A DNA stretch of 64,000 bases, taken from positions 1 to 64,000 of IMG/VR virus record IMGVR_UViG_3300028558_000018. One strand, written 5' to 3'. The stretch is from a virus. Below are positions 10,404-19,948 of the stretch, in pieces. A program made the position numbers and the translations under genes. Each line of letters starts with the position of its first letter. Position 1 is the stretch's first letter. The notes under the pieces are model-generated. The model was not told where the DNA came from and searched no databases. It was given only the letters and a program-made list of their open reading frames with translations.

Positions 10404-10508
10404 TTAAAATTCGGAGCCTAACCAAGCGCTAGACCCAACGCTCGGGGCTTGGTCCGCGCTCTGTCCCGAGCGCGTGTCACCTCGGGTGTTAGGCTTTAAA
10501 AATTTCAT
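10404..10508 (-). CDS. 34-aa leader peptide reading through attC2 (MKFLKPNTRGDTRSGQSADQAPSVGSSAWLGSEF)
   Basis: ATG 35 nt downstream of TTGACG (10538-10543); stop 4 nt before the cassette-2 ATG. Confidence 0.5.
   Translation of the reverse strand: MKFLKPNTRGDTRSGQSADQAPSVGSSAWLGSEF
10416..10494 (+). repeat. attC site 2 (79 bp)
   Basis: R'' GCCTAAC, 5-nt spacer, L'' GCTAGACC, perfect stem CGCTCGGG/CCCGAGCG, L' TGTCACC, 6-nt spacer, R' GTTAGGC. Confidence 0.85.
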
Positions 10509-10545
10509 ACCCAAATAAAACTAAAATGTTCTTCTTTCGTCAAGT

Positions 10546-11415
10546 TCAAATATTAAACTTCTTTCTAAACTCTTCTATCTCATTGGTATCCATCATGTTG
10601 AAATCCTTTTTTTGCGGCAGCGCAATTTCAATTTTATCCTCATTAAAAAATTGCAACAATTTGCTCCTTATTCGTTCCGCCGCTTTGTTTCCTATGGAAA
10701 AATTTTCAACTTCATTATTTGTGCTAATTAGGATGCGATTGGGATTAATGCGAATTAAATAAGAGAGGAGTTTGCTGGATATTTCCACTCCGAATAAACA
10801 TAATGTGTTATTTATTCCACATTCAGATAAATACAATATATCGGCTGGACCTTCGGTGATTATTACTGTGCGAGAACATTCTATTGAGGTCAAATCGCCA
10901 CCAAAAATCCATAAACTCTTATTTCCTAAATGACGCCATTTCGGACCATAGCCGTCATTATTGAGTTTTCTACCTGTGAATCCTATAATTTTGTCTCGTT
11001 GTTCGTTAAAAATAGGTAATACCGCCCTTGAACGCATTTGGCCCTTAAGAGCCACGCCCATTTGAAATTTTTCGCACGTTTTATTAGATATTCCGCGAGA
11101 GTTAAAATAATCGTGATTTTTGATTAAGCCTTTGAGGATATTTAAATCCCAGCTTTCGGGGAGAGTGATTTTCGGCTCTGGAATTTGAGCAATAGTCTCC
11201 TCGTTAGATTCTGTTCCAATTAATTGTAAAATTCTCCCATTGTGCTCTTTGGAATCATCAACAATACAATTAAATTTACCGCTTGCGAAAACTCGCAAAT
11301 GGTTCTTGGACAATGCGTTGCGCCCATTTTCCAAACATGCCGGACAACATCCAATATACCCGCCGTCACTCTGGAGCATTTTTCCCTCTAATTTATCTAG
11401 ATCAATAATATTCAT
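10546..11415 (-). CDS. DNA primase (zinc-binding + TOPRIM)
   Basis: CPAC...H..C N-terminus, IIGFTGR, IITEGPAD TOPRIM motif, KDFN. Confidence 0.85.
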   Translation of the reverse strand: MNIIDLDKLEGKMLQSDGGYIGCCPACLENGRNALSKNHLRVFASGKFNCIVDDSKEHNGRILQLIGTESNEETIAQIPEPKITLPESWDLNILKGLIKNHDYFNSRGISNKTCEKFQMGVALKGQMRSRAVLPIFNEQRDKIIGFTGRKLNNDGYGPKWRHLGNKSLWIFGGDLTSIECSRTVIITEGPADILYLSECGINNTLCLFGVEISSKLLSYLIRINPNRILISTNNEVENFSIGNKAAERIRSKLLQFFNEDKIEIALPQKKDFNMMDTNEIEEFRKKFNI

Positions 11416-12809
11416 TTAATTTCGTCTCGGCTATTCTTAGAATTGCCAAACGGTTCAAATTTTTCTCCATCTGGATTGCTTGGGCCGGTCCATTGTTGAA
11501 CGGGATACTCAACCAACGAATTATCTTTAATATATTGATTATACGCATCTAAAGCCTCTTTCTCGGTCCCAAAGTTACCAATTTCTTTAAAAACCCCTCC
11601 CCTTGGGCGTAAAAACGCCTGCCATCTTTGACTCCTTTTTATAAAGGATATCCATTTATATTTTGAATATTTCTTCTTTATTTTCAAAAATCTTAAAAAG
11701 GCATCCTTATCCATAAAAACTTCTACGGGGTTAGGAAAAAATAAATCCCCATAGATTTCTCTCCCAAAATAATTATAAGCATTAATTGCCGCGTTTTTAT
11801 CGGAATAATTTCCCACATATTTATTTCCAACCATACACGCCCATCCCGCGCCATTCTTTTTAATGCCCCTCACTTCGTATTGCCTTTTTCTATCTGGGCA
11901 GAAATTAGCTTTAATCGCCGCTAGTCTTAATTCTTCAGTTCTATTCTCATATTTATTATCTTCGGCACGTTGTAAAAGCCACAAATATTTATTATATTTC
12001 CTATCTAGCCCGATTTTGTCAATTTCTCGGTTTTGATAGATATATTTACAGAATTTGAAAACATTATCCCTCGCCGTCAAAACTATAGAAGAACTCTTTC
12101 CCAATTCATTTATACATTTTTGAATATTATATTTAGTTATATCCAAAGAATTAAACAGTTCGATGACAAAGCTCCAATCATAATCATATGAAGATGCTAT
12201 TGAGATGCCATATCCGTAGGATTCATCATTAATACACCCATCTCCGTCAACCAGCCCGCGCCACCAATAATGTTTTAAATAATTTGGAATTTTATCGAGA
12301 ATTTTTTGCGCGCTCACCTTCGATTTTATATGATGATCTGTAGATAATAGCCATTCTTTAACCTCGCTATTATATGACCTCATAGAAATCGCATTTTTAT
12401 GCTTCTTGGACTTTGCCTTCCTTTGGTAAATTGACCATTTGCCAATTTTATCAATAATACCTTCTTTTATATTGTTATAATCTTCTTCGGCTATGCAAAA
12501 AGAAAAACACCAACCGATATCTCTGGCGCAACCGTCAGCCCAAAAATAACCTAAAAAATAAGCTACTTCAGGGGAAGTTATGTTTAAAAATTGTTCTACT
12601 TTAACGCCTGCCTGTTCATTCGTATAACGACGCCCCTTGGATGCCACTAACCATTTTTCTTCCTTAGTTAAAACTAAATTATACTCTTTAAATATTTTTG
12701 TAATAAACCCCGCCGATCTTTTTAGATGTTCACAACAAAATGTATTTCCATTTTTATAGTTTTCTAAAATAAAATCCAATTCGTCCTTTGTCAATGTGCT
12801 AGTCCTCAT
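11412..12809 (-). CDS. free-standing LAGLIDADG homing endonuclease with C-terminal AP2-like domains
   Basis: AYFLGYFWADG and WWRGLVDGDGCI motifs; two GNY/F..EKEA..AYN AP2-like repeats. Confidence 0.8.
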   Translation of the reverse strand: MRTSTLTKDELDFILENYKNGNTFCCEHLKRSAGFITKIFKEYNLVLTKEEKWLVASKGRRYTNEQAGVKVEQFLNITSPEVAYFLGYFWADGCARDIGWCFSFCIAEEDYNNIKEGIIDKIGKWSIYQRKAKSKKHKNAISMRSYNSEVKEWLLSTDHHIKSKVSAQKILDKIPNYLKHYWWRGLVDGDGCINDESYGYGISIASSYDYDWSFVIELFNSLDITKYNIQKCINELGKSSSIVLTARDNVFKFCKYIYQNREIDKIGLDRKYNKYLWLLQRAEDNKYENRTEELRLAAIKANFCPDRKRQYEVRGIKKNGAGWACMVGNKYVGNYSDKNAAINAYNYFGREIYGDLFFPNPVEVFMDKDAFLRFLKIKKKYSKYKWISFIKRSQRWQAFLRPRGGVFKEIGNFGTEKEALDAYNQYIKDNSLVEYPVQQWTGPSNPDGEKFEPFGNSKNSRDEIK

Positions 12810-14350
12810 AAAGCAGGCTCAACATCAATTTCGCCCTCCTTGATTAGTTTGGATTCGCTCACGGGCTTGTTAACTTTTACCGCGTTGCGGCCCATCTTAA
12901 TCAGCCAATCGGAATACGTGCCCATATCAACTGTGTAAAAGTTGGATATTTCAAAGTTCATAAAATTAGGAACATAGCGAACATCTTTCCCCTCTTTTAC
13001 CTTGACATAATTTAAAAATTCTGGCCCGTGTTCCCATAAATAACGAGTTTTTTGGAAAATCATTTTATTGGAAGGGGCTTTTAATGTTGCCGTGGAATCA
13101 GTTAATATTTCGTCGGGAGTCCTAGACCGAAGAATCGCCAAAACCGCTACTAACCAACCAATTCTGTCGCTTAGAGAATTACTATTCGCCGAGTCGTCGG
13201 GGCCAGTTTTACTAAAAATATCGCCGCCACGATTTTGCTGTAAAGCGGTTAATACCGGAGAATTTGTCCAGTCAGCTAAATCTTTAATAATTTCAATTTT
13301 TTGATAAGCTTGGGAATGCTCGCCCTCTTTTGAACTAAATTCTTTCTTATCATTATTATTCAGTTTCAAATAATCATAAATTAGTAACGAAGATCGCGCC
13401 CGCCCACATTTTGTTAATTTCCATCGTTTAACAAACTTTTCCATTTCGGAAATACCCATATTACCAATGGGTTCGAACCAGATATTTTTATTTTTAAGTC
13501 CTTGGATACGTTTGACTTCTTCGTTGATTTTTGGTGCCCATTCTTTCGAGAATTTCCATTTACGAGAATCAATGAGAAAGCTTGGACAGCCAATGTTACC
13601 CGCCACGTAGCGAACGACAGCATCATTTAGGCCCATCTCGGTGTCAACGTAAAGAACCGCCATATCTTCTTTATCTGGATTCGCTGGGGCAATTTTCCTA
13701 GCAATATCAAGCAATAAAGTCGATTTTTTTGCGCCCTGCCTCGCCGCCCAACAATATATCTGCCCCGGTCTAAGCGGCCCAATAATATCGTTCCATGTCT
13801 TATACGGCATATTAATGAATTCACTAATATTCTCTGGATTGCCCATTTCTTCAATAATCGCGGGTAATTCTTCCAATAGATTCTTTGGCTCTCTTTCTTC
13901 CGAACTAATGCTAATTAATGATTCGCCCAAATATTTATCTGCAATTCCAATTAGTTCCCGCGCAGATTTATCTTCGTTTTCCAACACTTCTTTTTGAACT
14001 TTAATCGCATTATTATGAATTGTGCGGATAAGGGTTTTCTTTTTTAACGCTTTCCCTAAATCATTAATATTCTTTTTATCCACATGGCGAATTTTCAACG
14101 CCATACAGAAATCTCCAATATCCAAACCATCGAATGTAATACCTAAATTCTTTAATCTTTCCGCGACAATAATCTCATCCGGCTTACCTTTATTTTCAAT
14201 AATATTTGAGATGACGGCGAATATTGAAGAGTTCTGGCGGGAAAAGTCGCTGGAATTAATATAACTTAGTTCAATATAAGTTTCTGGATATTGAATTAAT
14301 GTCGCGAGAATTGATGTTTCGATTTCTAAAGAATACAGTGTTTTTGCCAT
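12806..14350 (-). CDS. dnaB: replicative DNA helicase, DnaB-like
   Basis: N-terminal SLEIETSILA; Walker A ARQGAKKST, VLYVDTEM, LIYDYLKL, TALQQNR. Confidence 0.85.
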   Translation of the reverse strand: MAKTLYSLEIETSILATLIQYPETYIELSYINSSDFSRQNSSIFAVISNIIENKGKPDEIIVAERLKNLGITFDGLDIGDFCMALKIRHVDKKNINDLGKALKKKTLIRTIHNNAIKVQKEVLENEDKSARELIGIADKYLGESLISISSEEREPKNLLEELPAIIEEMGNPENISEFINMPYKTWNDIIGPLRPGQIYCWAARQGAKKSTLLLDIARKIAPANPDKEDMAVLYVDTEMGLNDAVVRYVAGNIGCPSFLIDSRKWKFSKEWAPKINEEVKRIQGLKNKNIWFEPIGNMGISEMEKFVKRWKLTKCGRARSSLLIYDYLKLNNNDKKEFSSKEGEHSQAYQKIEIIKDLADWTNSPVLTALQQNRGGDIFSKTGPDDSANSNSLSDRIGWLVAVLAILRSRTPDEILTDSTATLKAPSNKMIFQKTRYLWEHGPEFLNYVKVKEGKDVRYVPNFMNFEISNFYTVDMGTYSDWLIKMGRNAVKVNKPVSESKLIKEGEIDVEPAL

Positions 14351-14418
14351 AAAAGTAAACTACCTAACCCGCGTATATAAACGCATATTGTGTAACCAAA
14401 GTAAAGCCCAAACTATTT

Positions 14419-15708
14419 TTAAGACCTCGCGTGGAAAAAATGTTTGGCGATAAGTCCATCTTCCGAGTCAAACAACATCCCTTCTGCCATACGTTTCGCG
14501 CCAATATAGCCACGAGATTTATGCCAAAAATCGCTCGGGCAGAGTGACGCTATGGTTTGAAGCTCAACGCCTTGCACGTCCTCTACCTTCGTCCTGTGAG
14601 TGTGGCCAAGTTGAAATACTTTGTAATAACATTCCGCCCAATCTTGAGAACGCTCAGTTGCCATGATTAGAGGTAATTCTTTAATAGCCTTCTCCTCATT
14701 AGAATGTGTAAACCCAATTAAAGTATTCTTCCAGCGATAATATTTGCGGAGAGTTGGCGCATTATTCACAGTTACATCAGGAGCATTTCTAAACCATGCG
14801 GATAAAAATTCCCCAAGGTAAAATGACTTAGAGGTATCATGATTTCCGACGCAGATTACTACATCAACAGGAGCTAATTTCATTAAATATTCAATAGCGT
14901 CAATTGCCATGCGCGCCCCTTTCGTAAAGGTATACTGCCAACGATTGTCATCATCCATTTGGGTAGAATGCGCGGTCATTTCTGTAATTCCGTCTGAATT
15001 GTATAGATCGTTCCCTAGTGGCAGGAGTATCTTTTCTACGCGCTCCATATCTACACGAGAAGCTAAATCAACGATGGCTTGTTGGAATAAATCCACAGCA
15101 ATTTTACTATCATAATTAGGCCCATCTACCTGCAATCCCCAAATATGCTTGCCGACATGAATATCTGGAATTGCGATTTCGTAAAGATTGCCCTTTTTCT
15201 TCGGAGACGCTTGGAATGTTTTACTTGGAATTTTATTTAATTCCTCTTTAAATAATTCAGCGAATTCTTTGGCATCAACCTCGTTTACCTTACGTTTAAA
15301 TTCCGCTTTAATCTGCCACATCCCATTCCAGAGGTTCGCGCAAGTTTTCGTAGTTTCCCAAATATCCATATCAATATTTGCATAAGCGATTAAATCTTCA
15401 ACCGTAATAATATCCGCCACGTTCTTTACCTCTGCAACCGCTTTATCACCAGTCACTTGAAACACTTTATTAGATTTTTTTGCCGATTTAATTGCCGATT
15501 GGGTATAAACTTTCCCACCAATATGTTTCGCGCCGAATAATTTACTATATTTACTATTCCGCGCCGATTTCCCAATATTCCAAACTCGTCCCACTTCTTT
15601 ACGCACCGTGGGTTCGCTCACTTTTAGCTTAATTAAGCTTTGAATATATTCAATTTTTTGTTGCTCGGATTTCAAACTGGATACGCTTTTGATTAATTGA
15701 TTGCTCAT
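14419..15708 (-). CDS. calcineurin-like metallophosphoesterase
   Basis: DIHVG, GND, GNHD, FTH, GHTH motifs. Confidence 0.85.
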   Translation of the reverse strand: MSNQLIKSVSSLKSEQQKIEYIQSLIKLKVSEPTVRKEVGRVWNIGKSARNSKYSKLFGAKHIGGKVYTQSAIKSAKKSNKVFQVTGDKAVAEVKNVADIITVEDLIAYANIDMDIWETTKTCANLWNGMWQIKAEFKRKVNEVDAKEFAELFKEELNKIPSKTFQASPKKKGNLYEIAIPDIHVGKHIWGLQVDGPNYDSKIAVDLFQQAIVDLASRVDMERVEKILLPLGNDLYNSDGITEMTAHSTQMDDDNRWQYTFTKGARMAIDAIEYLMKLAPVDVVICVGNHDTSKSFYLGEFLSAWFRNAPDVTVNNAPTLRKYYRWKNTLIGFTHSNEEKAIKELPLIMATERSQDWAECYYKVFQLGHTHRTKVEDVQGVELQTIASLCPSDFWHKSRGYIGAKRMAEGMLFDSEDGLIAKHFFHARS

Positions 15709-15735
15709 AATTTTTAAAATAGTTGTTTTAGTAGG

Positions 15736-15762
15736 CTACACTTTTTGGGGTTTACGGTGAAA
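15736..15762 (-). promoter_or_regulatory. putative phage-sigma promoter TTTCAC-N15-GTGTAG
   Basis: recurrent 27-nt motif upstream of the metallophosphoesterase. Confidence 0.55.
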
Positions 15763-15763
15763 G

Positions 15764-16798
15764 CTAATCATTATTGCGGAAATTTAATCTACGCGGTTTC
15801 CCCGTCGTTTGATCATGGAAATATAAGCAGCCGAGGTATCGCTTTTTTACAAGTTTTTCCCCTTCAACAATTTTCACTCTCCCTTGTAACTCATCCTCAG
15901 TAAATGCAGTTTTAACGATTTCCCCCGCTTTATTAATAATCGCATAATAATCCAATGGCCGTTGATGGGGACAAATCCAGCCGCTTTTACTTGGGCCGCA
16001 AAGGAATTTAGTTTCCCATTTTTGAATTCCAAGGTTATCTCCAATATTCTTCTCGCTAAAATTATTAATCAATTTTTGATATTGAGTTAGCTCATATTCG
16101 AATCCATCAAGTGATGCCTCACTCAAAAGCTTAAACTCTTGTTGAGGCTCATCGGGGAATTTGAGAAAAAGAAACGTAAATTTTCTCAATTTATGCTCTG
16201 GAAATAGATATTTCGCCGCCAATTGATATATCATCCCTTGTAATGAATTTTGAATCTTCGGCGCGGCGAATTTAGCTTTGGAAGATTTATAATCCACAAT
16301 TTCCATTTCAATTTCATCATTGATAATTTTTACAAAAATGAATTTATCAATAAACCCGCGAATTCTATAATTCTTTTCACCCTCTACCACCTCGAAATCA
16401 AAATCTTTTTCGATCAGAATCTTAAATGTTCCCTTTGGCCCATAAAATTCATTATTTAACGCGACAAGAATATACTTATCAATAATATCTAGTTCGCTTT
16501 CAATTCCCACAGTGTTCTTTACTGCATATTTAACTAGAATGTTCCAAAGTGGAAGATAATTTCTACAAGTATTATCTCGTAAAATATCCATTACCAGAGA
16601 CTTACGTTTCGGAGTATTCTTTGAAAGAATTTCTAATATGTTATGAATAACATCACCCTTTTGGCTACCGGGATTTCCCTTATCGACAAGCTTAAGAACG
16701 TAATTAGCATAGTATGATTGCGAACAATGCTTAAATTTTTCGATCCGTGAGCTACTTAATGCAATTTTATTTTTAAAATCAGGGCCAAAATTTACCAT
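15764..16798 (-). CDS. PD-(D/E)XK exonuclease (AddB/Cas4-like)
   Basis: LSSSRIEKFKHC, G..IH..LE, RGFIDK, IVDYKSS, LQ..IY. Confidence 0.85.
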   Translation of the reverse strand: MVNFGPDFKNKIALSSSRIEKFKHCSQSYYANYVLKLVDKGNPGSQKGDVIHNILEILSKNTPKRKSLVMDILRDNTCRNYLPLWNILVKYAVKNTVGIESELDIIDKYILVALNNEFYGPKGTFKILIEKDFDFEVVEGEKNYRIRGFIDKFIFVKIINDEIEMEIVDYKSSKAKFAAPKIQNSLQGMIYQLAAKYLFPEHKLRKFTFLFLKFPDEPQQEFKLLSEASLDGFEYELTQYQKLINNFSEKNIGDNLGIQKWETKFLCGPSKSGWICPHQRPLDYYAIINKAGEIVKTAFTEDELQGRVKIVEGEKLVKKRYLGCLYFHDQTTGKPRRLNFRNND

Positions 16799-16836
16799 AA
16801 GGAAGATTATGAAGAGTTGTTACTACTATGTCAAGG

Positions 16837-17253
16837 TTAAAGCTCAATACCATATCGCTCTTTAACCCACTCTTTGCAAAAATCACCAATTTCATTTTCA
16901 TGAACCTCTATTAATATAATATCATTTATTTCACAATATTTAAATTTATCCATATCGCGCTTTATTTGAGAGAGAAAATTGGCGCGGGACTCATTATGAA
17001 AAAACTTATTATAATTGGTGTGTTGCGCCCCTTGTATCTCTACCGCAATTTTCTGGGAGGCGTTGTATATATCGATGGTCATGCGAGAAGACGCTAACGG
17101 TAATTCTGCACATACTACATGAGTTTTCCAAAAAGGACGGAAGGCTTGTTTGATTTTAAACTGGATTTTCGACCGCTCCTCTCCATCCCAATCTATAAGA
17201 TATTTTTGAACATTAATATTAACGGTTTTCCCCTTAAGATTTTTAAATTTCAT
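16837..17253 (-). CDS. Vsr/DUF559-like endonuclease
   Basis: DIY..IAVEIQGAQH..RDMDKFKYCEINDI. Confidence 0.7.
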   Translation of the reverse strand: MKFKNLKGKTVNINVQKYLIDWDGEERSKIQFKIKQAFRPFWKTHVVCAELPLASSRMTIDIYNASQKIAVEIQGAQHTNYNKFFHNESRANFLSQIKRDMDKFKYCEINDIILIEVHENEIGDFCKEWVKERYGIEL

Positions 17254-18802
17254 ATAAATAGTGTGAAGGCTTTATTTTCAAATAATCTTCTATTTGCTCG
17301 GGTGTTCTATTTAGAATAGAAAAAGCCCCACTCAAAAATAAATTTCTTATTCTATTTTTATCTATTGGCCATTCTATAATTTTAAACTCAAGGCCGTTCT
17401 TTTCGCAATATTTTCTAATAGTTTTGCATTTTCTTCTCACTTTTCTATCAGAAATATACTGTTTTGGTTTTATTTCTACTATTATTTTACCGTCAAGAAT
17501 AAAATCGGGGTAATATTTTCTGATTTTATTATCAAAACGATATTTTATCATATGGGATTGTTCCGCCGACTCAATTTTATGAAATCTTTCGTTATCGACA
17601 ATAAAGCTTAATTCCATTAACGATCTAAATAAGAAATTTTTATATCTTCCCACATAACCGAATCGTTTCGAAATATTAAGAGAGGTTTTAATTTGTATAT
17701 TGCTTTTTACCAAAGCTTTCCTTACTGCGCTCTGACTTCTCTTATGTTCTTTCGCAATTTGTTTTATAGGAATGTTTTGCGCGTAAAGAGACGCCATTTG
17801 ATGAGCCTCTTCGTCGGGAACGACCGTTCTTGCGGTCTGTCGATTTGAAATTTCAATGCCCGCCTCCTCGAAAGCTCTTTTTATAGAATTATAAGACCCT
17901 TTTCCAGTTATTCTAGGGATATCCTCTATAGCTATTTTTTCTACTTCATATTTATATATAAACAAATCTAGTTCTTCTTTACTAAAAGTGACGCCGACTA
18001 ATTCGAAAAAAGATTTTTCTTTAATATTATTGTTTTTTAAAACTTTCTTAATTTGCCTATAATTTCTACCATATTTCTCCATTAAATCAGTAATTGACGC
18101 TTTCGTAGTGGTATAATCAAAAATAATTTCTTTTTCCAATTTAAGAGCTATTTTATCGCCCTGACTCATCATTACATCGTAACCTAAGCCCCTTAATAAT
18201 TTAGATAAAGAAGTGATCGTTGTAAAATATTTTCTAGATAAACTTTTTATTGTTCCTCCATCTAAATATTCTTGTATCAAAACCTTTAATTCTGAATCGC
18301 TAAATTGGCGAGGTTTTATATAAAAGCCCGCTGGTTTAATTTTGGCACCGTTATCCCTCAAAATATTTATAATATGCCCAGCGGTATATCCATACAAATT
18401 ACCTATATAAGCCGCTGTTTTTTGTTCGGATTCGTATAGATTAATAATATTTTTAATTTGATCTTTTGTTAGTTCCTTGCGAATAACCCCGCAGGAATTT
18501 AAAAAATCACTCATTTGTTGATCCATGAGCTTAAATTTTAAAGCTGTTCTTCCGATTGATTTTTCTTCTCGAAAAAAATCTAAAATTTCTTCTTTGTAAA
18601 AATTACAATAATCTAGTAAATTTTTATTAAATAATTGTGTGGCTGAAATAATTTCATATCCATTCAGATTTAATACGCCCTTGACAGTTGCATAATCATA
18701 TTCAAGCTCCCTCTTTATCTCGGCAATTGAATAGTCTCTTTTATATAAAGAGATTATCCTTACTTGATCATCAATAGGCGTATTATTTCCAGCTATCCAC
18801 AT
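17243..18802 (-). CDS. putative homing endonuclease: tandem HTH repeats plus TnsA-like PD-(D/E)XK domain
   Basis: repeated helix-turn-helix units; FRSLMEL, YYPDF, VEIKP. Confidence 0.7.
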   Translation of the reverse strand: MWIAGNNTPIDDQVRIISLYKRDYSIAEIKRELEYDYATVKGVLNLNGYEIISATQLFNKNLLDYCNFYKEEILDFFREEKSIGRTALKFKLMDQQMSDFLNSCGVIRKELTKDQIKNIINLYESEQKTAAYIGNLYGYTAGHIINILRDNGAKIKPAGFYIKPRQFSDSELKVLIQEYLDGGTIKSLSRKYFTTITSLSKLLRGLGYDVMMSQGDKIALKLEKEIIFDYTTTKASITDLMEKYGRNYRQIKKVLKNNNIKEKSFFELVGVTFSKEELDLFIYKYEVEKIAIEDIPRITGKGSYNSIKRAFEEAGIEISNRQTARTVVPDEEAHQMASLYAQNIPIKQIAKEHKRSQSAVRKALVKSNIQIKTSLNISKRFGYVGRYKNFLFRSLMELSFIVDNERFHKIESAEQSHMIKYRFDNKIRKYYPDFILDGKIIVEIKPKQYISDRKVRRKCKTIRKYCEKNGLEFKIIEWPIDKNRIRNLFLSGAFSILNRTPEQIEDYLKIKPSHYLYEI

Positions 18803-19948
18803 TTAGCTTAAAAAGGATTTAATTTTCTTAAGAAACCAATCGTAAACAGCTTTATTCTCTCCTAAATAAGCAAATACCCCATTAATCCCCTGATGCTGAA
18901 TTTTAATTTCTACCCCATCTTCTTTCGCCTCATTAATAATTTTTTCATCAAAGGAAAACCATGCCCCCTTGCGGGTTAGAACCGTATATTGAAGAAGCAT
19001 GTCCACGATTTCTTTCTCCGTCCAAATCGCGCAACCAATTCGGCCTCTGGCAATGGGCACTCTATATTTCTTACCCGTAATATCCACGGAACTCTTCTTT
19101 ACTTCTATTACCGCCGTTACACCAAGAACTTTATTTTTAACTGGATCGGGTTTTTCCCCTTCTTTTTCGAGAATAAAATCGCCATTATAGCGAGGGTGAT
19201 AATAAAGAACATAATCGCTTTGATGCCCAATACTTGAACCGCCAGAGCCTTCAACTTGGCGCGGAACATCTTTCGCATATGGGTCAATTTTAATTGCCGC
19301 GCTATATTGAGAAATAACAATCATTAGCGCGTCATAATGGTTAATTGGTAACGCAAATCGCTTGAAAAGAAGTTTGGTTAGAAGGGGGACGCCCGCCACT
19401 TTAGGCGACTCATTTCCCCATACATCCTTTTGCGCGTCCTGTTTAAGAATTGTTTGATCTAGGCTATCCCAAATAATACAAAGTTGTTCTCCCGCCTCAT
19501 GCATTGTTTTAAGTAGGGATTCGAGGGATGAAGCAATTGTTTCGAAATAATTAATTGACCAAACGAAAACCGTTCCGTATTCCCATTCTTCGGCGGTTGT
19601 TACGAATTTATGTCCACTACGCTTTTGCATCTCGGGGGTTAGCCTCGATTCACATTTCAGATAGATTGTGCGGCTCTTGGGGAAAATATCCATGAAGTTT
19701 TGAGCAAAAACAAACGCTTGTGAGGATTTTCCTAGCTCTGCCCCCGCCCCGCAAAGTCTTACTACCGAACCGCTTCTAATTTTAAGGTCCGCGTCCATTT
19801 GGAGACTTCCGGTGGAAATGATTTTATTTTCGGAAATTACGTCATTATAATGATCGCCCTTCGTTTGTTTTAGAATTGCGCTGAAAGCATCTTGGGTAGA
19901 TACTTTTGTCTCTTCTGTTTCATCTGCTACTTTTTTAGGTCTAGCCAT
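18803..19948 (-). CDS. recA: RecA/UvsX-like recombinase
   Basis: ISTGSL..D, Walker A GAELGKSS, IIWDSL, GGSSIGH, KGAWFS. Confidence 0.85.
   Translation of the reverse strand: MARPKKVADETEETKVSTQDAFSAILKQTKGDHYNDVISENKIISTGSLQMDADLKIRSGSVVRLCGAGAELGKSSQAFVFAQNFMDIFPKSRTIYLKCESRLTPEMQKRSGHKFVTTAEEWEYGTVFVWSINYFETIASSLESLLKTMHEAGEQLCIIWDSLDQTILKQDAQKDVWGNESPKVAGVPLLTKLLFKRFALPINHYDALMIVISQYSAAIKIDPYAKDVPRQVEGSGGSSIGHQSDYVLYYHPRYNGDFILEKEGEKPDPVKNKVLGVTAVIEVKKSSVDITGKKYRVPIARGRIGCAIWTEKEIVDMLLQYTVLTRKGAWFSFDEKIINEAKEDGVEIKIQHQGINGVFAYLGENKAVYDWFLKKIKSFLS

Larger units (their letters stand above)
9921..10494 (+). mobile_element. integron-type gene cassette array, two cassettes (9922-10193, 10194-10488), no integrase in window (CALIN-like)
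   Basis: sharp GC-rich island bounded by GTTRRRY core sites (GTTGGGC 9921, GTTAGGC 10488) with two complete attC sites. Confidence 0.85.

Noticed and set aside
9957-10432. Plus-strand ORFs 9957-10166 and 10061-10432 as the true cassette genes
   Set aside because: They are antisense to a recognisable DUF551-like gene or simply translate the attC (PNHALQT), so are likely GC-rich shadow ORFs
9500-11500. Integron integrase near the attC array
   Set aside because: No tyrosine recombinase motifs in any ORF of the window
11412-12809. Group I intron or intein housing the LAGLIDADG gene
   Set aside because: Flanking helicase and primase look complete and overlap the ORF by 4 nt; no room for intron core elements and no intein splice motifs
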